From Monocercomonoides exilis PA203 (lineage: Eukaryota > Protista > Preaxostyla), in assembly GCA_001643675.2 (NCBI GenBank), contig LSRY02000041.1, positions 310,001-374,000 of the forward strand: a DNA stretch of 64,000 bases, given 5' to 3'. Both the position numbers and the translations under genes were made by a program. Positions 49,201 through 62,500 of the stretch are shown here, one piece after another. The stretch's first letter is position 1, and each line of letters starts with the position of its first letter. Below the pieces are notes generated by a model. That model was not told the origin of the DNA. It saw only the letters and a program-made list of their open reading frames with translations, and searched no databases.

Positions 49201-52200
49201 GATTGACCAATGAACGGAAGAAATGAGAAGAAGAAGAAGAAGAAGAAGAAGAAGAAGAAGACGATGATGATTCTTGTGAGTTTGCTACCGTTCTCTGTTT
49301 ACGACCCTGCAATTCATCATCATATTCATCATCAATTAAAGAAGAAGATAAACAAGATGAATTCGAAGAAGAAGAATGTGAAGAAGAGGAAGAGAAAGAG
49401 GAAGACTCAGACAGCAAAGAGCATTCAGAAGAAACAGAAGAGCAAGTCTGTTCTTCGCTATCAGTGAACTCACACTCCATCTGAGACGAATTCAGTACAC
49501 TTCTTTTGCTTCCTTTTCCTTCTCCCTCTCCAAACATCTCTTTCTTCTTATTCTCTCCTCCATTCCCATATTTCCCCTTCTCCTTCTCTTTCCCTTTCTC
49601 CCTCGAATTCACCTGTCCTTTCCTTCTGCTTCCTCGTCCATCAAAACCAGAATACTCTGCCTCGTCTTCATTCACCCTCCGCTTCTCTTTCTTCTCCAGC
49701 TGCCTCTTTCGTGCTTTCATCTGCTTCCTTTCGCTCTTCAGCTCTTCAAGCACCAACTCAAACAGACCTGACCGAGGAAAAGCGAACGGCTTGTTTCGCT
49801 TGCGGAACAGCAGACAATCGAAAAGAGAGCGAGAAGGAGTGGTGGTGAAGGTGGGAGTGCTGAAGGACATGTAAGTGTGGCTGTTAGCTGTAATATGAGA
49901 GGAAGAGGAAGAAGAAGAAGACAAAGATGATGAATGATCGGTAAAGCAGACGTCTTTTGCTCTTCCGAACGATAAAAGTGAAGGAGTCTTGTTCACATTC
50001 AGCGATTCTGATCTGTTTCCCTTTGCAAACACAGAAGTTGTTGCGCTCCAGGATGCAGGCGAATAAAACGGGGAATGAGCGAAAGATGGAGGAAGAGCTG
50101 TGTTTGAGACCATTTCGTGTCTGAGTGGCTGGAGAGAAGAAGGAGCAGCTGGGATGAACGAGACGATGCGGTTCATCCGCTGCGTGGCTTCGTCGACTCG
50201 CGGGACCGGGGGATCTGGGGGGGAGAGAGAAGAGGAGGAAAAGGAGGAGGAGGAAAAAGATGGGGAGGAAGATGGTGAGGAAGAGGAGGAAGAAGAAGAA
50301 GTTGATGCTGTGGAAGAAGAAGAAGGGGCAGAAAGCGGAGAAGAAGAAGGAGAAGGAGTATGTGAATTGAGAAGAGTGTTTGGCTGTGAAAGAGATCTGT
50401 TATGTGAGATTGCATCTGGTTGGGAAAGAGGAAGAGAAGAAGATGAAGAAGACAACGAGGATGAAATTGTTGGGTCAGATGAAATGTTTTTGAGTGATGT
50501 TTCGCCTTTCAAAGGAGCAGATGATGAAGAAAGCGAAGATGAGAGAGAAAGAGGAGAAGACGATGAATTTATATCAACATTATTAATATAACTTTTATTA
50601 CTGTTATTTTGTTCATTATTAACAGAAATATTATGCTTGTTTTGTGAAGTGCTAAGGTTTGCTGAAGAGAGAGAGAGAGGAAGAGAAAGAGGTGGAGAAG
50701 GAGCAAGAGAAGGATCAGAGGCAGAACGAGGATGGGCAGTGAATTGGATGTGCTGATATGGAGGAGGAGGTGTGGGAGAGGAGAAACTGGATGAAGGAGA
50801 AAGAGACGAAGATGAAGAAGAAGATGATGATGATGTGTTGTTATTAGCAGATAAAGGAAGGGGAGAATTATTGTTGGAATTTAGATTATTATCTGAAGAT
50901 GTATCATCATTTGATGGTTGTTCTGACAATTGAGAAGAAGAAGAAGAAGAGGAAGAAAATGATGTTGATGATGATGAGTCTAATTCTGGCAAAGAAGCAG
51001 AAGAAAGAGAAGTTTGTGTTTCTGTCAAATTTTCGTTTTCTTTTTGATTTGAAATGGAAGATGTTTCCTTTGAGAGTTCATCAGATGACAAAGATTGAAT
51101 GTTTGGTGATTGATGCTGAATGAAAGAGGAAGAAGAAGGTGATGAGGAAGAAGAAGGAGAAGAAGGAGAGGAAGAAGAAGATGATGATGATAATGGTTGA
51201 GGAGGAGGTAGAGGAAGAGAAATTGGAAGAGGCAAAGAAGGAGGAGAAGAAGAAGTAATTCCAGAATTAGGTTCAGGATCCAAAGAAAGGTCAGGAGCAG
51301 GAGAAGGAGAAGGAGAGGAAGAGAACGAAGGAGAAGGAGAAGAAAGTGGAGAAGGGGAAGGAGAGGAAGAGAAAGAGGAAGAGAGCGAAGATACAGCAGA
51401 AAGAGGAAGAGAAGAAAGAATAAGTGATCCGCCATCAGAAGAAGGAGATTGTTGCATCTCAGATGAATATGAACCAGAATGAGAAGGAGAGGAAGGAGAA
51501 GAAGAAGAAGAAGATGATGATGATGATGATGGTGATGAAGACAACGACGAAGAAGAAGGAACAGAAGCAGTTGCAAAATCTGTGTGTGGATAAGGAGGAA
51601 GGAAAGGGGAAGAGATTGCTACAGCAACTGGAGCAGCAGAAGAAGAGGAAGAGGAAGAAGAAGAGGAAGAGGAAGAGGAAAATGAAGAAGAGGTTAGATC
51701 AGAAGTCGAAGAAGGTGGGATGTTATCAATTGCAGAGGAAGCAGAAGCAAACGGAGAAGAAAGAGAAAGCAGGTTGTTTTCGATGGGAGTTGCGATGGCG
51801 TCGGCGAGAGAGACAGAAAGAGAAGGGAGGTTGGAAGAGAGGGAAGGAGGAGAAGAACAAGGAGAAGGAGCAGTGGCTGGGGAGAAAGAGTGAGAGAGGG
51901 AATGCGAGTGAGGGTGGGAGGGAGAAAGAGAAAGAGAGGGAGAGGAAGAAGGAGAATGAGAGGGTGAATGAGAGGGTGAATGAGAAGGAGAAGGAGCAAG
52001 AGGGTCAGTTGAGGATGAAGAAGGAGAAGAGTCTGGAGAGAATGAAGTGTTTGAGGAGTTTGAAGGGTACAGCATGGAGAGCGAAGGCGCAGCGCTTTGG
52101 AGACGAGAAGAGGAGGTTGTTGTGTTGACAGAGGGAAAGTGTGGTTGAAGAGGAACAATTGGAGGAGGTGACAAACCAGGAGAGATGTCACAGGGAGATA

Positions 52201-55200
52201 AAGAGGAGCGGAGGAAGAAGTTGGAAGAGGAAGAGGAAGAGGAAGAAGAGGATGGCGAATGAGATGAAGAAGCATAAGCAGCAGATTGGGAAGCCAAAAG
52301 AGAAGAAGGAAACGGAGAGACAGAAGAAGAGTGTTTGTGGCTGCCAACTGAAAGAGAAGGAGAAGAACGTGTTGGAAGATGTTCAGAAAGAGAATTAGAC
52401 AGATTGGCAGAAGAAGAAGAAGAAGATGATGATGAAGGATTAGATTCATCCAGAGATGAAGATCTCAAATGATTGTTCTGTTTTGGTGATTGGGCTGTTG
52501 GGGAAGAAGAGAGAGAAGAAGAAGAAGAATTTGAAAGAGAAGAAAGAGAAGAATGAAAAGTGGGAGAAGCAGCAGGAAGCGGAACAAGATCGCCACTTGC
52601 ATTGTGCAGCTGATGAATTGTCTGCTCTTTCATCCTCCTTTCGTCTTCTTCATCAACAAATCCTGTCCCCTTTTCGTGCACAATCTCAATCGGATGCTCT
52701 TTCCCCAGCAATTTTTGTGTCTGTGCCATGTTTTGCAGCTCAAACAAGGAAGGAAGAAGAGAATTGGCTGAAGTGCCGCTGAGAATGGCTCTTTCGAGTA
52801 CGCAGATGAAGTGCTGGGCAATTGGAGTGTTAGCGATGGTGAGGAAACGCATGTCAGAAAAGAGAGAGGAAGAGAATGAGGAAGAAGGAGAAAAAGAAGA
52901 AGGGATAAATGGAGAAGAAGAACAGTTTGTGATGAGCTGTTGAGAAGCCAACGAAGAGAAGTCAGCAGCATTGTGAATGAGCTGAGTGCTTCTGAGGGCA
53001 AAAGGAGTGGAGATGTCATATGCAGTGATGACTGGGGGTGTTCTGAGGGCGAGTCTGCCGAATCGATTGGGAAGATAATTGAAGCAGCTCAACGAAAAGG
53101 AAGAGGAAGAAGAGGAAGAAGAAACAATATTATTATTATTGTTATTGATTAATGCATCCACAAACTGTTGTTGTTGACGATGATAAGGTGGGGACATCTC
53201 ATTTCCTCCTGGTTCACTCAACTGCAGCAGCTGTTGCTGAGGCAGAGGTGCTTGAATGGCTGAGGGACGCCCAATTTCTCCGCTGAGCTGATTCGCTTTG
53301 TATTCTGACAGAAACAGCGATGGCTGTGTGGCTGGCTGATACGCTGTCAGCCTTCCTTTTTGCCCATTCAATTGAATGTTTCTATTGAAATTGCTGTCGT
53401 TTCTGTTATTACTGCTATTTCTTCCAGAAGCAGATGCGCCATTATTCGCTTTCTCTCTCTTTTCTCCTTTCTCTCTCATCTCTTCCATCGTTTGCATCGC
53501 TTGCATTGCTTCTGTTGCTTCTTCTCGAATGCTTCTGAAGTGTGCTTTTGTCCCCGCCATCGACACAAAAGATGCAAAACGAGAGAGAAACACGATGAGC
53601 CATTGGAATAAAACAGACGGAGGAACAAGAGAAGAGAAAACGGCTTTGAAAGAAGAGGTAACTTGTGATAAAGAAGAAGCATTGCATTTGCCAATCTGAA
53701 TCTCATTGAATGTGTTTGGATTGTAAAAAGAAATGTCAGTTTTGGTGTTGTTGACACTTCTGTTGCTGTCTTGTGGTTGAGAGTATTTTGTGTATGGAAG
53801 CCAGCTGACGCAGCCTTCTGGAAGAGATTCTTTGGTGAATTCTTCATCTTTTCCTTCTTCTTTTTTGACTTCTTTTTCCTTTTCATCTTCATCTTTATTG
53901 TTTTCTTTTTTCTGGTCCTTTTCTCCTTCTTCTTTCACTTCTTCTTTCCCCTCCTCCTTCTCACATTGAATCGGCGACTGAGTCAAAAGCAGCTCCAAAA
54001 GCAATGCCACAATCTGTTTGCTGTTAGAGCGGTGCAAAATGAATGAAAGAGGAAAACAGCCATGTCGAATGAGAAGTGAAGAAGAAGCAGAAAAGACGGT
54101 TGATTGAGTGGCATTGAGCTTTTCGCCTTTTTCGTCTTTTTCTTCTTTTTCTTCTTGAGAGGAGGAAGTGGAAGAGGAAGAAAATGAAGAAGGTATTAAT
54201 GAAAAAGTGTTGTCAAATTTGTTCTTATCGTTTACAAAAAAGGGCAGAGGAAACTGTGGGTGATTGGGGAAAGCAAAAGAAGAGCGAGAAAAGAAAGAAA
54301 GAAGAGTTAGCAAATATCGATTGAGAGACAATTTGAAAGAGCATATTGTGAAGGGAGAGGTTTGAGAAGGAGAGAAAGAGAAAGAAGAAGAATTTGAAGA
54401 AGAAGAAGAAGATGATGATGATAACGACGACGACGACGATAAAAATGTTGGAGAATTTGAAGAAGAATCAGAAGAAGAAGAAGAAGAAACATGAGAACAA
54501 GTGACCAACACATCGTCGATGAAGAACGGATCGTCAAGAGGATGTTGAAAGGGATACGAAGATTGGAGAGAGTTCATAAAATACGAAGAAACAGAAGAAA
54601 ACGTGGAAAAATGCCGTTGAGGCGACAAAAAGAGGCTTTGCTCGTATTCAGACAAGGAGAAAAGAGGAAATAGAAACTGTGTTTCTAAGAAGAGTATGTC
54701 GATTATTTGGACTTCCTAAACATGTGTAGAAGAAAAAGAAGAAAGAAGAAGAAGAGATGAAAATGATGGTTTTGATTATGAAAAAATATATTTGAGTAAA
54801 TAAGGAATAAAAATAAATCAAAAAATTAAAAAAAAAGAAGCTTTCCAATAAAATAAACATTCATTTCTCATTTTCATATTATTTCTTAGGAATTTGCACA
54901 CTTTTCCATCCAACACAGCCAAAATCAAGTTGTCAGACACTGAAATTCTTATTGACTTTATCTCTTTTTTATTCAACGATATTATCACAGGCTTTGTTGG
55001 GAGTCTGTTTGAGAAAGGAGAAGCAGCAGAAGCAGAAGAGGAGAGGTTAGAGACAACAGAATGAAGAAAGAGAAGAGAAGAAAGAGGAGCATTTGGAGTG
55101 ATGCGGGTGCAGTTGTGACGTTGTTGAGAAAGAAGAGAAGAAGAAGAGGAAGAAGAAGAAGATAATGAAGAAGAAAAAGAAGATGATGATGATGAAGATG

Positions 55201-58200
55201 ATGATGATGAAGACTCAAAAGAAGGTATTAAACCAGAGGAAACAATCTGATGCGGATGGGCTGGGTGGACAAGAGCAAGCGGAGTGAATGGAAGTGGATA
55301 AGACGGCCTCGCTGTGTAATACGCAAATGTGCGTTCCAATTCATCTTGTTCTTTTTCATCGGCTTCTTCAACACTTTTTGGTTGTTTGTCGTTTTCTCCA
55401 TAAAAATCCTTTTGAATGAAAGAAATTTTGTCTTCTGTTTGTTTGTGTTTGTTGTTTGTTGCAGTTTCTTTTGATTCTTCTTTGTTTTCTTTTCGGTCAG
55501 ATCCAATTTTATTGGCTGTTAATTCATTCATTTTGATATCAACCTCTTCTTTCTCTTGAATTGCCTTGTTATTCTTGTCCATCGTTTTGACTGATGTCGA
55601 TGAATCATTTGCTGCATAAACTGCCTTCATCTCTTCTCTTTCGTTGTTCTTTGCTAATTTATTGGGGATGTTGAACTGTTTCGACAGAAAAGTCAAAGTT
55701 AACGAAGGTTTCCTCAGCATCTTCTGTGGATGCACATTGTGTTTGCGATATTTTCTGGGCAAATACGAAAGGAGCCGAGAAGAAAGAAGCGGTGGATAAG
55801 AAGGGTTGATTGGAGAAGGCAGCACAAGCTGCGGAAGTGGAGGCGGAATCGCCGGCGGAATAAACAGGAAATTGGTCAGCTGAGCAGAAGAGAAGAAGCT
55901 ATTCCCAGAAATGCATCTGTTTTGGTGTTGGTTGTATTGTACGTGTTGTCTGTTGTTTGCCATGAAAGATTCGTTGTTTTTGCTGTGTTGAACTCGAATT
56001 TTGTCTTCTTTGTTTGAATTGTGCGAATTGTATTGCGAATAAGTGCGTGGCACTTTCTGTTGAAGTGGCATGTTTCCTTCTTTTTTTTGTATTTGGAAAA
56101 AGTTTGCATTTTCTTTTGTTTTATTTCTATCTATCATGTTTTTGGGTGTGTTGAATGAAGAAGAAGAAGAAGAGAAATTTGAAGAAGAAGAAGAAGAAGA
56201 AGAAGAAGAAGAAGAAGAAGAAGCATATCCATTTTCCCTTATCAGCCTCGCCTTCATTTCTCTGAAGTTTCTCTTCACATTGTGAGAATACAAGAAGGAG
56301 ATTGGGATGAGTCCGAGGGCAGACAAAGAAGGATAGCAGACAATCAGAAAAGGAAGGCCATACAAAACAACTAGAGACATGTCGGAGAAGAGAGGAATGG
56401 CTGTTGATGGATGGAGAAGAGAGGAAGACAAGGAAGATGATGAATGTTGTGAGGAATTTGAAGAAGAAGAAGAAGAAGAGGAAGAGGAAGAGGAAGAAGA
56501 AGAAGAAGACGATGATGATGAATTCGAATGAGTAGAAGATGTTGAGTGAGTTCTTGAAGCAGAACGCCCAGAAGACGAATCAACATTCTTCCCCATCGCA
56601 CTTGTGTTTGCGCTGCTGCTGTTTTGAAGCAATTCCTTGGCTGCTTCTTCGATTGGTGGAAGTTCGCTTTCCAAAAGAATTGTCCGTTGGAAGAGAGGAA
56701 AAAGTGAATAAGATGTCACTTCTGAAAGAGGCGCTGACTTGAAGCTGATGGGAAGGAGAGGAAAAGCATCGGGTGGCAAAGAAGAAGAAGAAGAAGGAAG
56801 AGAAGAAGAAAGAGAAGAAGAAAGAGAAGAAGAAAGAGAAGAAGAAAGAGAAGAATCATTTTCAGCCAAAGCCAAGGGTGTTATTGGAGTTTCAGATGGT
56901 GAAGTTAGAACATTTGATAAAGAAGAGGAAGAAGAGGAGGAGGAAGAGGAAGAAGAAGAAGATGATGATGATGATGAAGATGATAAAAATGAATTGAATG
57001 AAGTGTATAAGCTGAGTGGATAAGGCGGAGGTGGCAAAGACATCTTGTGTGTCTGAAGAACATCAAATGGATAGCTCTGAATGAATGCTTTTCCATTGGA
57101 TGATTGCGAATTCATTGAAAACTGAGAGTGTTGAGGATAAAATGAAAAGGAAGAAGAAGAAGAAGAAGAAGAAGAAGAAGATTTCTCTTTCAGTGTCAGA
57201 TTCTTCTGCTTCTTCTGATCAAATTGTTCTTGTTGTTCTTGTTGTGTCTGGCAGAAGGCAGTGAACGTGTCTTTGTGGATGCAGCGCATCAGCGCTGAGG
57301 GGGCAAAGAAGATGGACACGAGAAAAGGGCATAAACAGCCAGAGGAGAAATTACAAGCAGAAGAAGAGGAAGAAGAGGAAGAGGAAAAAGAAGAAGAAGC
57401 AAAAGAAGGGATCATTCCATTGTCAGACATTCCATGTTGAGACGAGGAGGAATGCTCAGACGAGGAAGAGAACGCAAACACATTGTTGTCTGATGAATCT
57501 GAAGACAGTTCGTATTCATCGTTGTCAACAGCAGAGTTAGCGAGCGAATAAACTGTGTTCCGATCTTCCTCTATTTGAGTGTCGAATTCATTTGAATGGA
57601 GTGAAAGAGTTGTTGGAGGGGGAGGCTGGGGACGCTGTGAAGGCGATGAAGATCGTTGTGCACTGGTGTTGGATGGCTTTGAAGAAGAAGAAGAGGAAGA
57701 AGAAGAAGATGATGATGATGATGATAAATTCTGATTATGTGATTGTGGAGGCGGTGGAGGAGGAGGTGGCGGAGGAGGAGGTGGCGGAGGAGGTGGAGGA
57801 GGTGTATTTTGCGCATTTGTTGAAAGAGCGTTGTTCAATTGTTGAGTGGATGACTTATTTGGAGGAGGCGGCGGAGGCGGAGGGGGAGGAGGTGGTGGTG
57901 GTGGAGGTTGTGACTGAGCAGTCTGTTGAGTTGTCATTTGTTGTTTTTCCTTCTGTTCGCTTTCAGAAACCATCTGAAAAGAGAATGAAGGCTGAGACAC
58001 GTCTGTGCCCATCTGCGACAAGTCTGCCGTGTCCCAATCGCCAAACATGCTCGGCTCTTCCATCAGAATCGTCGGGTCAAGCGGAGAAGGCGCAGGAGAC
58101 AAACGAGGAGAAGGAGAAGGTGAAGGAGAAAGAGGAGATGAAGAGGCAGAGACAGAAGAAGGAGACATCGAGGGAGAAGAGGAAAGAGAAGAGCGATAGG

Positions 58201-59459
58201 AAGAATGTGGAGAATGTGTCAAGTGGCTCGAAGAGCGCCGAGTGCGATGAAATGAGTGGGGGTGTGTTGGGACTTTGTCTGGTGAGTATGACAGGCCTGC
58301 TTCATCGAGTGTGCTGCTGACGTCTCTCGTAGCCCATTCGCGCACATCCTTCGGAAGCGACTCAAAGGAAGGCATCTGCTGTGTGGGTGGATGGGGGAGA
58401 GGTGAAGATGAAGTGTGCGGATACGAAGAGGATGGCTGTTGAGATTGTTTGTTTCTGTTTTCTTGAACAGCAGGTTCTTCGCCTTCTTCATCCTCTTCCT
58501 CTTCTTCCTCTTCCTCTTCCTCCTCCTCTTCTTCATTATCTTCTTTCGAATAATCGTTTTGGGTAAATCCCATTGGATTTGCGCTTCTGTAATATTCGCT
58601 GTTTCGGCCGTCTTTGATTGCAGGTCGAGTCTCCTTTCTGGAGCAGACAACTATTATGTCTGGGTTGTAATGCATTTTGAACCAGAGAATATTCCTTATT
58701 TGAATTTCTTGAGTTTTTCTCGAAATTATTGGTGGGCGATGAGGCAGCGAAAACATTTGAAGAGAACTGGTTGTAGCAACCATGATGCATGAAGAATAGA
58801 ATTGCTGATGAAAATCTTGAGAAAGGTTGCTTTGCACGATAGTCTGCGGAGCAACAGAAAAAGGAGGTTGTTTAATTGTTTGTGGCAAATCCAGAAAAGG
58901 AAGAGTTAAAGGAACCCCTGAAGGGGATTTACTCAACGCATCGTGTTTTTCATTTATGATTTTCACAAATTCTGGAAATCTAAGTGACAAAGTGTCACCA
59001 TGTCCAAGCCAACTAAATCCAATAATCTTCGAATTATTTTGGGCTCCCATCTCTCGTGGAGTTATGAAACACTTACTATTATATTCCACATTATGAATTA
59101 TCTGTTATAATAATGCATTCATAAACATTAAATTATTTCAAAATTAAAATTTTTATAACATAAATAAATACATACGATTTCATTGCTTGTATACAAGTAA
59201 GCAACGTATCTGCGATCGGGCGAAAACTTTATTTGTTGGATATTTGATGATTCGAGATCCCTAACGCAAAGCAAATTCTTACAAATAAAAAAATAAATTC
59301 TTCAAACTGAAATATTGGTGATTTACATTCAGCAACTTTTCCCTCTGTATTATAAAATTTTAATGTCTGAGAAATTGTGATAAACTCTCTGTGCCCATCG
59401 TCATAATACAAAGGGATGTCTGAAGAGAGCTGGAGATTTGTTTTTGTGAAATTGATCAT
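46289..59459 (-). CDS. RMC1: RMC1 / C18orf8 (Mic1 domain; regulator of MON1-CCZ1) candidate, ~4,300 aa through low-complexity insertions; about 4 exons
   Basis: Colinear islands resembling C18orf8 as I recall it: LYYDDGHREFITI, IQQIKFSPDRRYVA, KIIGFSWL, RNILWF, SLVVLYG, ISVSDNLILAV|EVQIID. C-terminal Mic1-like LARFGRYNEINFIFSHRLLPDHPEI, LHMATRL..RGDVLQSA, FIHVVNAMNDVGMFRSL. Intron ~54716-54902 joins the two large ORFs in frame; two small introns lie near 59102-59175 and 59261-59307. Confidence 0.75.
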
Positions 59460-59505
59460 CTGAGCCCAACATATGATAATTTTGATTTTTTATTTTTTGC
59501 AGAAT

Positions 59506-62500
59506 TTAAAATTTTGTAAATCTCAATGAAATGGAAGTTGAAGAAAATGCCAATAAATCTAAATCTTTTGTAGCTTTAAGAGCTTCATTGTCTTCACCTT
59601 GAAAAGTGAGGTTAAATCCAAGAGAATAAAAGTTTGTCTGAAAATTGAAAAAATGATCAATAAATTGCATTAATAAAAAATCATCATACTGCTTCCTTTT
59701 CAAGCCTCATTCGTTTGAGAAGTTTGCATTGGCCATTTTGTGCAGCTTCGAGGTCGTAATAGCAAATAGAGCGGTCTCCCAAAGTTGCCAAAACAAGATT
59801 GTCACAAATGAATACTGGGTTTGTGAACTGCCTTGTGTTTGCAGGGATGACTGGATAGTGACGATCCAAAGTGCAGCTATTTAAAAAAAGAGAGAGAATT
59901 AGATTGAAATTTTTATTTGAAATTTTGAAATTTTAATTTTTTCTCTGCAAACATTGGAGAATCAGGGTTAATCATTCTTGTATCCCACAATTTGAAGGTC
60001 ATATCTGTTTTTCGTAAAAAAAAATAAATATGATAAATAAAACAGAAAATCACAAAGACATTATTTTAATATAGAGATAGATTGAGAGATAGATAGATAA
60101 AGAAGGAACCATCCAAAGATGAGTACAAACCAAAAGAAGAGGATATCAGAAAGGATGAGTTCAGAGGAGACCAAACAACAGAGTTAACCACATTTTTGTG
60201 TGCTTCTTCGATTTCATTGGCCAAATAGTCCTTCGAGCGGGTGTCAACAATTTCTGAAAAATTTATCAAAGAATTAAGAAATTGGAAAAAATATGATAAA
60301 ATAATAAAATAGCAGAATAATTAGAATTGAGAATGAGGCATAACTGATCGTCCTGTCATTTCCGCTTGAAGCAAAAAGCGATGATTCTGGATGGAAACAT
60401 ACAGACTGAATAAAATAAATAATGAGAGAAAAAAAGGTTTAATTGTTTTCACAATCATCAAACAGAAAGAAATGTCATTTAAAAGAAGGAAAAAAAATTT
60501 TTTTCTTCAAACTTTCACAGTTCCCTTGTGCAGAGTCGAAAACCTTCGCACAACAGCCATAGAAGACCCACTTCCAGCACAGTTAATGTCCCAAATGATG
60601 GCTGAGCAGTCTTTGCTGCCTGTCAACATGCCCATACGAGGCAGATAATCGAGTGTGTACACACCAGCTCTGATGGTTGCCATTTAAATGTTTTTATAAA
60701 AAGTGGAATGAAATTAAAATATCAATTGAATTCATAAATAAACATAAATGAATGAATGAATAAAAATAAATATTATTTTTTTAGAAAAAATAATAATAAT
60801 AAACAGTAAATAAATAAGAACATGTTCATACGAATGCTCAAAGGATCTGCAAGCAGGCGTAACATCTCCAAGATAATAGGCAAAATCGTCAGTTGTCTTT
60901 GGCTTTGCTTTTGGTCGAAGAGGAGGCGAAACACGAGAACGAACTTTGTTTTTGGCTGTTTTGATGATATCTCTCACGTCCCACAGGGCAACATCTCCAG
61001 AATCAGCAGAAGAAACAATGAAGACTGGGGAAGGAGACAAGGAAGAGCTGGAATCGAAGGCATTTGTGTGTTTTGAGGAAGAAAAGGAAGAAGAAGAAGA
61101 AGAAGAAGAGAAAGAAGGGAAAGAAGAAACTGATTGATGCAAAGAAGGCGATAAATAGGAAGATTGTGATGAATGTGCTTCTTCACAGGAAAAGACACTT
61201 GATTGAAGTGCATAAGACGAAGAAAACATCGACGAATTCAGCACAGCTCCGTCCATCGCCTCTGCTTTTGCATTCAAAACAGGCGAGAGAACAGGATTCC
61301 TCTCCTCCAAATACAAGTCAGTCAAAAACGAAGAATTTGACAACTTTTTCATTGCATTGTGTGTCTGTGTGTCGACAATGCGCACGCCAGAGACCCATCT
61401 GTCGTGTGCGTGGAATGACATCGCCCTGTCAAACGCATCAAAATTGTTCTCTTCTGCCAAAATGGGGATGAACGAGATTGTTCCTTCAGACCCCGCAAAG
61501 CAGTAAAGCGAGGTGAGTTCGCAGCCATCGGAGATGTCGAGGATTTTCTGCCTTTTGTCCATAAAAGCTGTGTCGTATGTGGGCTCCTGGGAAGCAGTGG
61601 GAGTGGAACTGGTGCTGCGAGAAGTGCGACGAGAAGGAGAAAATGAAGGAGAAAAAGAGGAAGAAGAAGATGATGATGATGAAGTTGAGGTTAAAGGCGA
61701 AAAAGATGACGATGCATTTCGTGAAGATCTCAAAGTGATGGAAGAAACAATAGAAGAAGACGATGGCGACAATGAAGCTGAACTTCTTCTTGTCTGTCTT
61801 TTTGCTGACGCTTTCGGTTTTGGATGAGTTTTCACTCTTCTTCCGCGAAGTTCCCTTTCATTTGGATAGTCTTCTTGTGCCAGTCGCTCAATCGCTGCTT
61901 CGTCTTCCATTTCAAACAAAGTCGAGTAGAATGACTCAGAAAAGTCGGAAACTGCTGTTTTTTGAGTCTGCGAATCAGAAGTAGGGTTTGTTTGACTAGC
62001 TGGCTGTGTTGGATATGATGGCTGTGTTGAATCAATCGATGAAGAAGCTGGCGAGTCAAATGGAGAGAAAAACGGAGAGAAAGAGGGAGATGGTGATTGT
62101 GATGGTGAATCGTTATCTTCTTTAACAATACTGACAATTTTGAATAACTCTGCTGATGGCTGATTGAAAGTTAAATTGATTGAAGATGATGCTTCTTTGT
62201 TATCTTGTTCTATTGATGAGTTGCTTTGTGTGTTGGTCAATTCGTTCAATGAAGAAGGATTCTGACTCATTTTGATAAGAGTGTCAGCTGCTTTGTCAAA
62301 GAGCATTTTAGATGAAGTTGAAGTTTGCTCTGAAAAAGTTGTTGATGAAGAGGGAGGCGATAAGGAAGGAAAAGATGAAGATGAAGAAGCTGAGGATGAA
62401 GAAGGCGAAGAAGTTGAAAAGCTTGGAAAAGGCTCTGAAACAGATGAAGATGCTGATGAAGAAGGAAAAGAAGAAGATGATGATGATTGAGGTGATATGG

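Noticed and set aside
47340-58800. Many + strand Glu/Lys/Arg-rich ORFs opposite the giant gene
   Set aside because: They are antisense shadows of TCT/TCA/TCC serine tracts and show no independent motifs.
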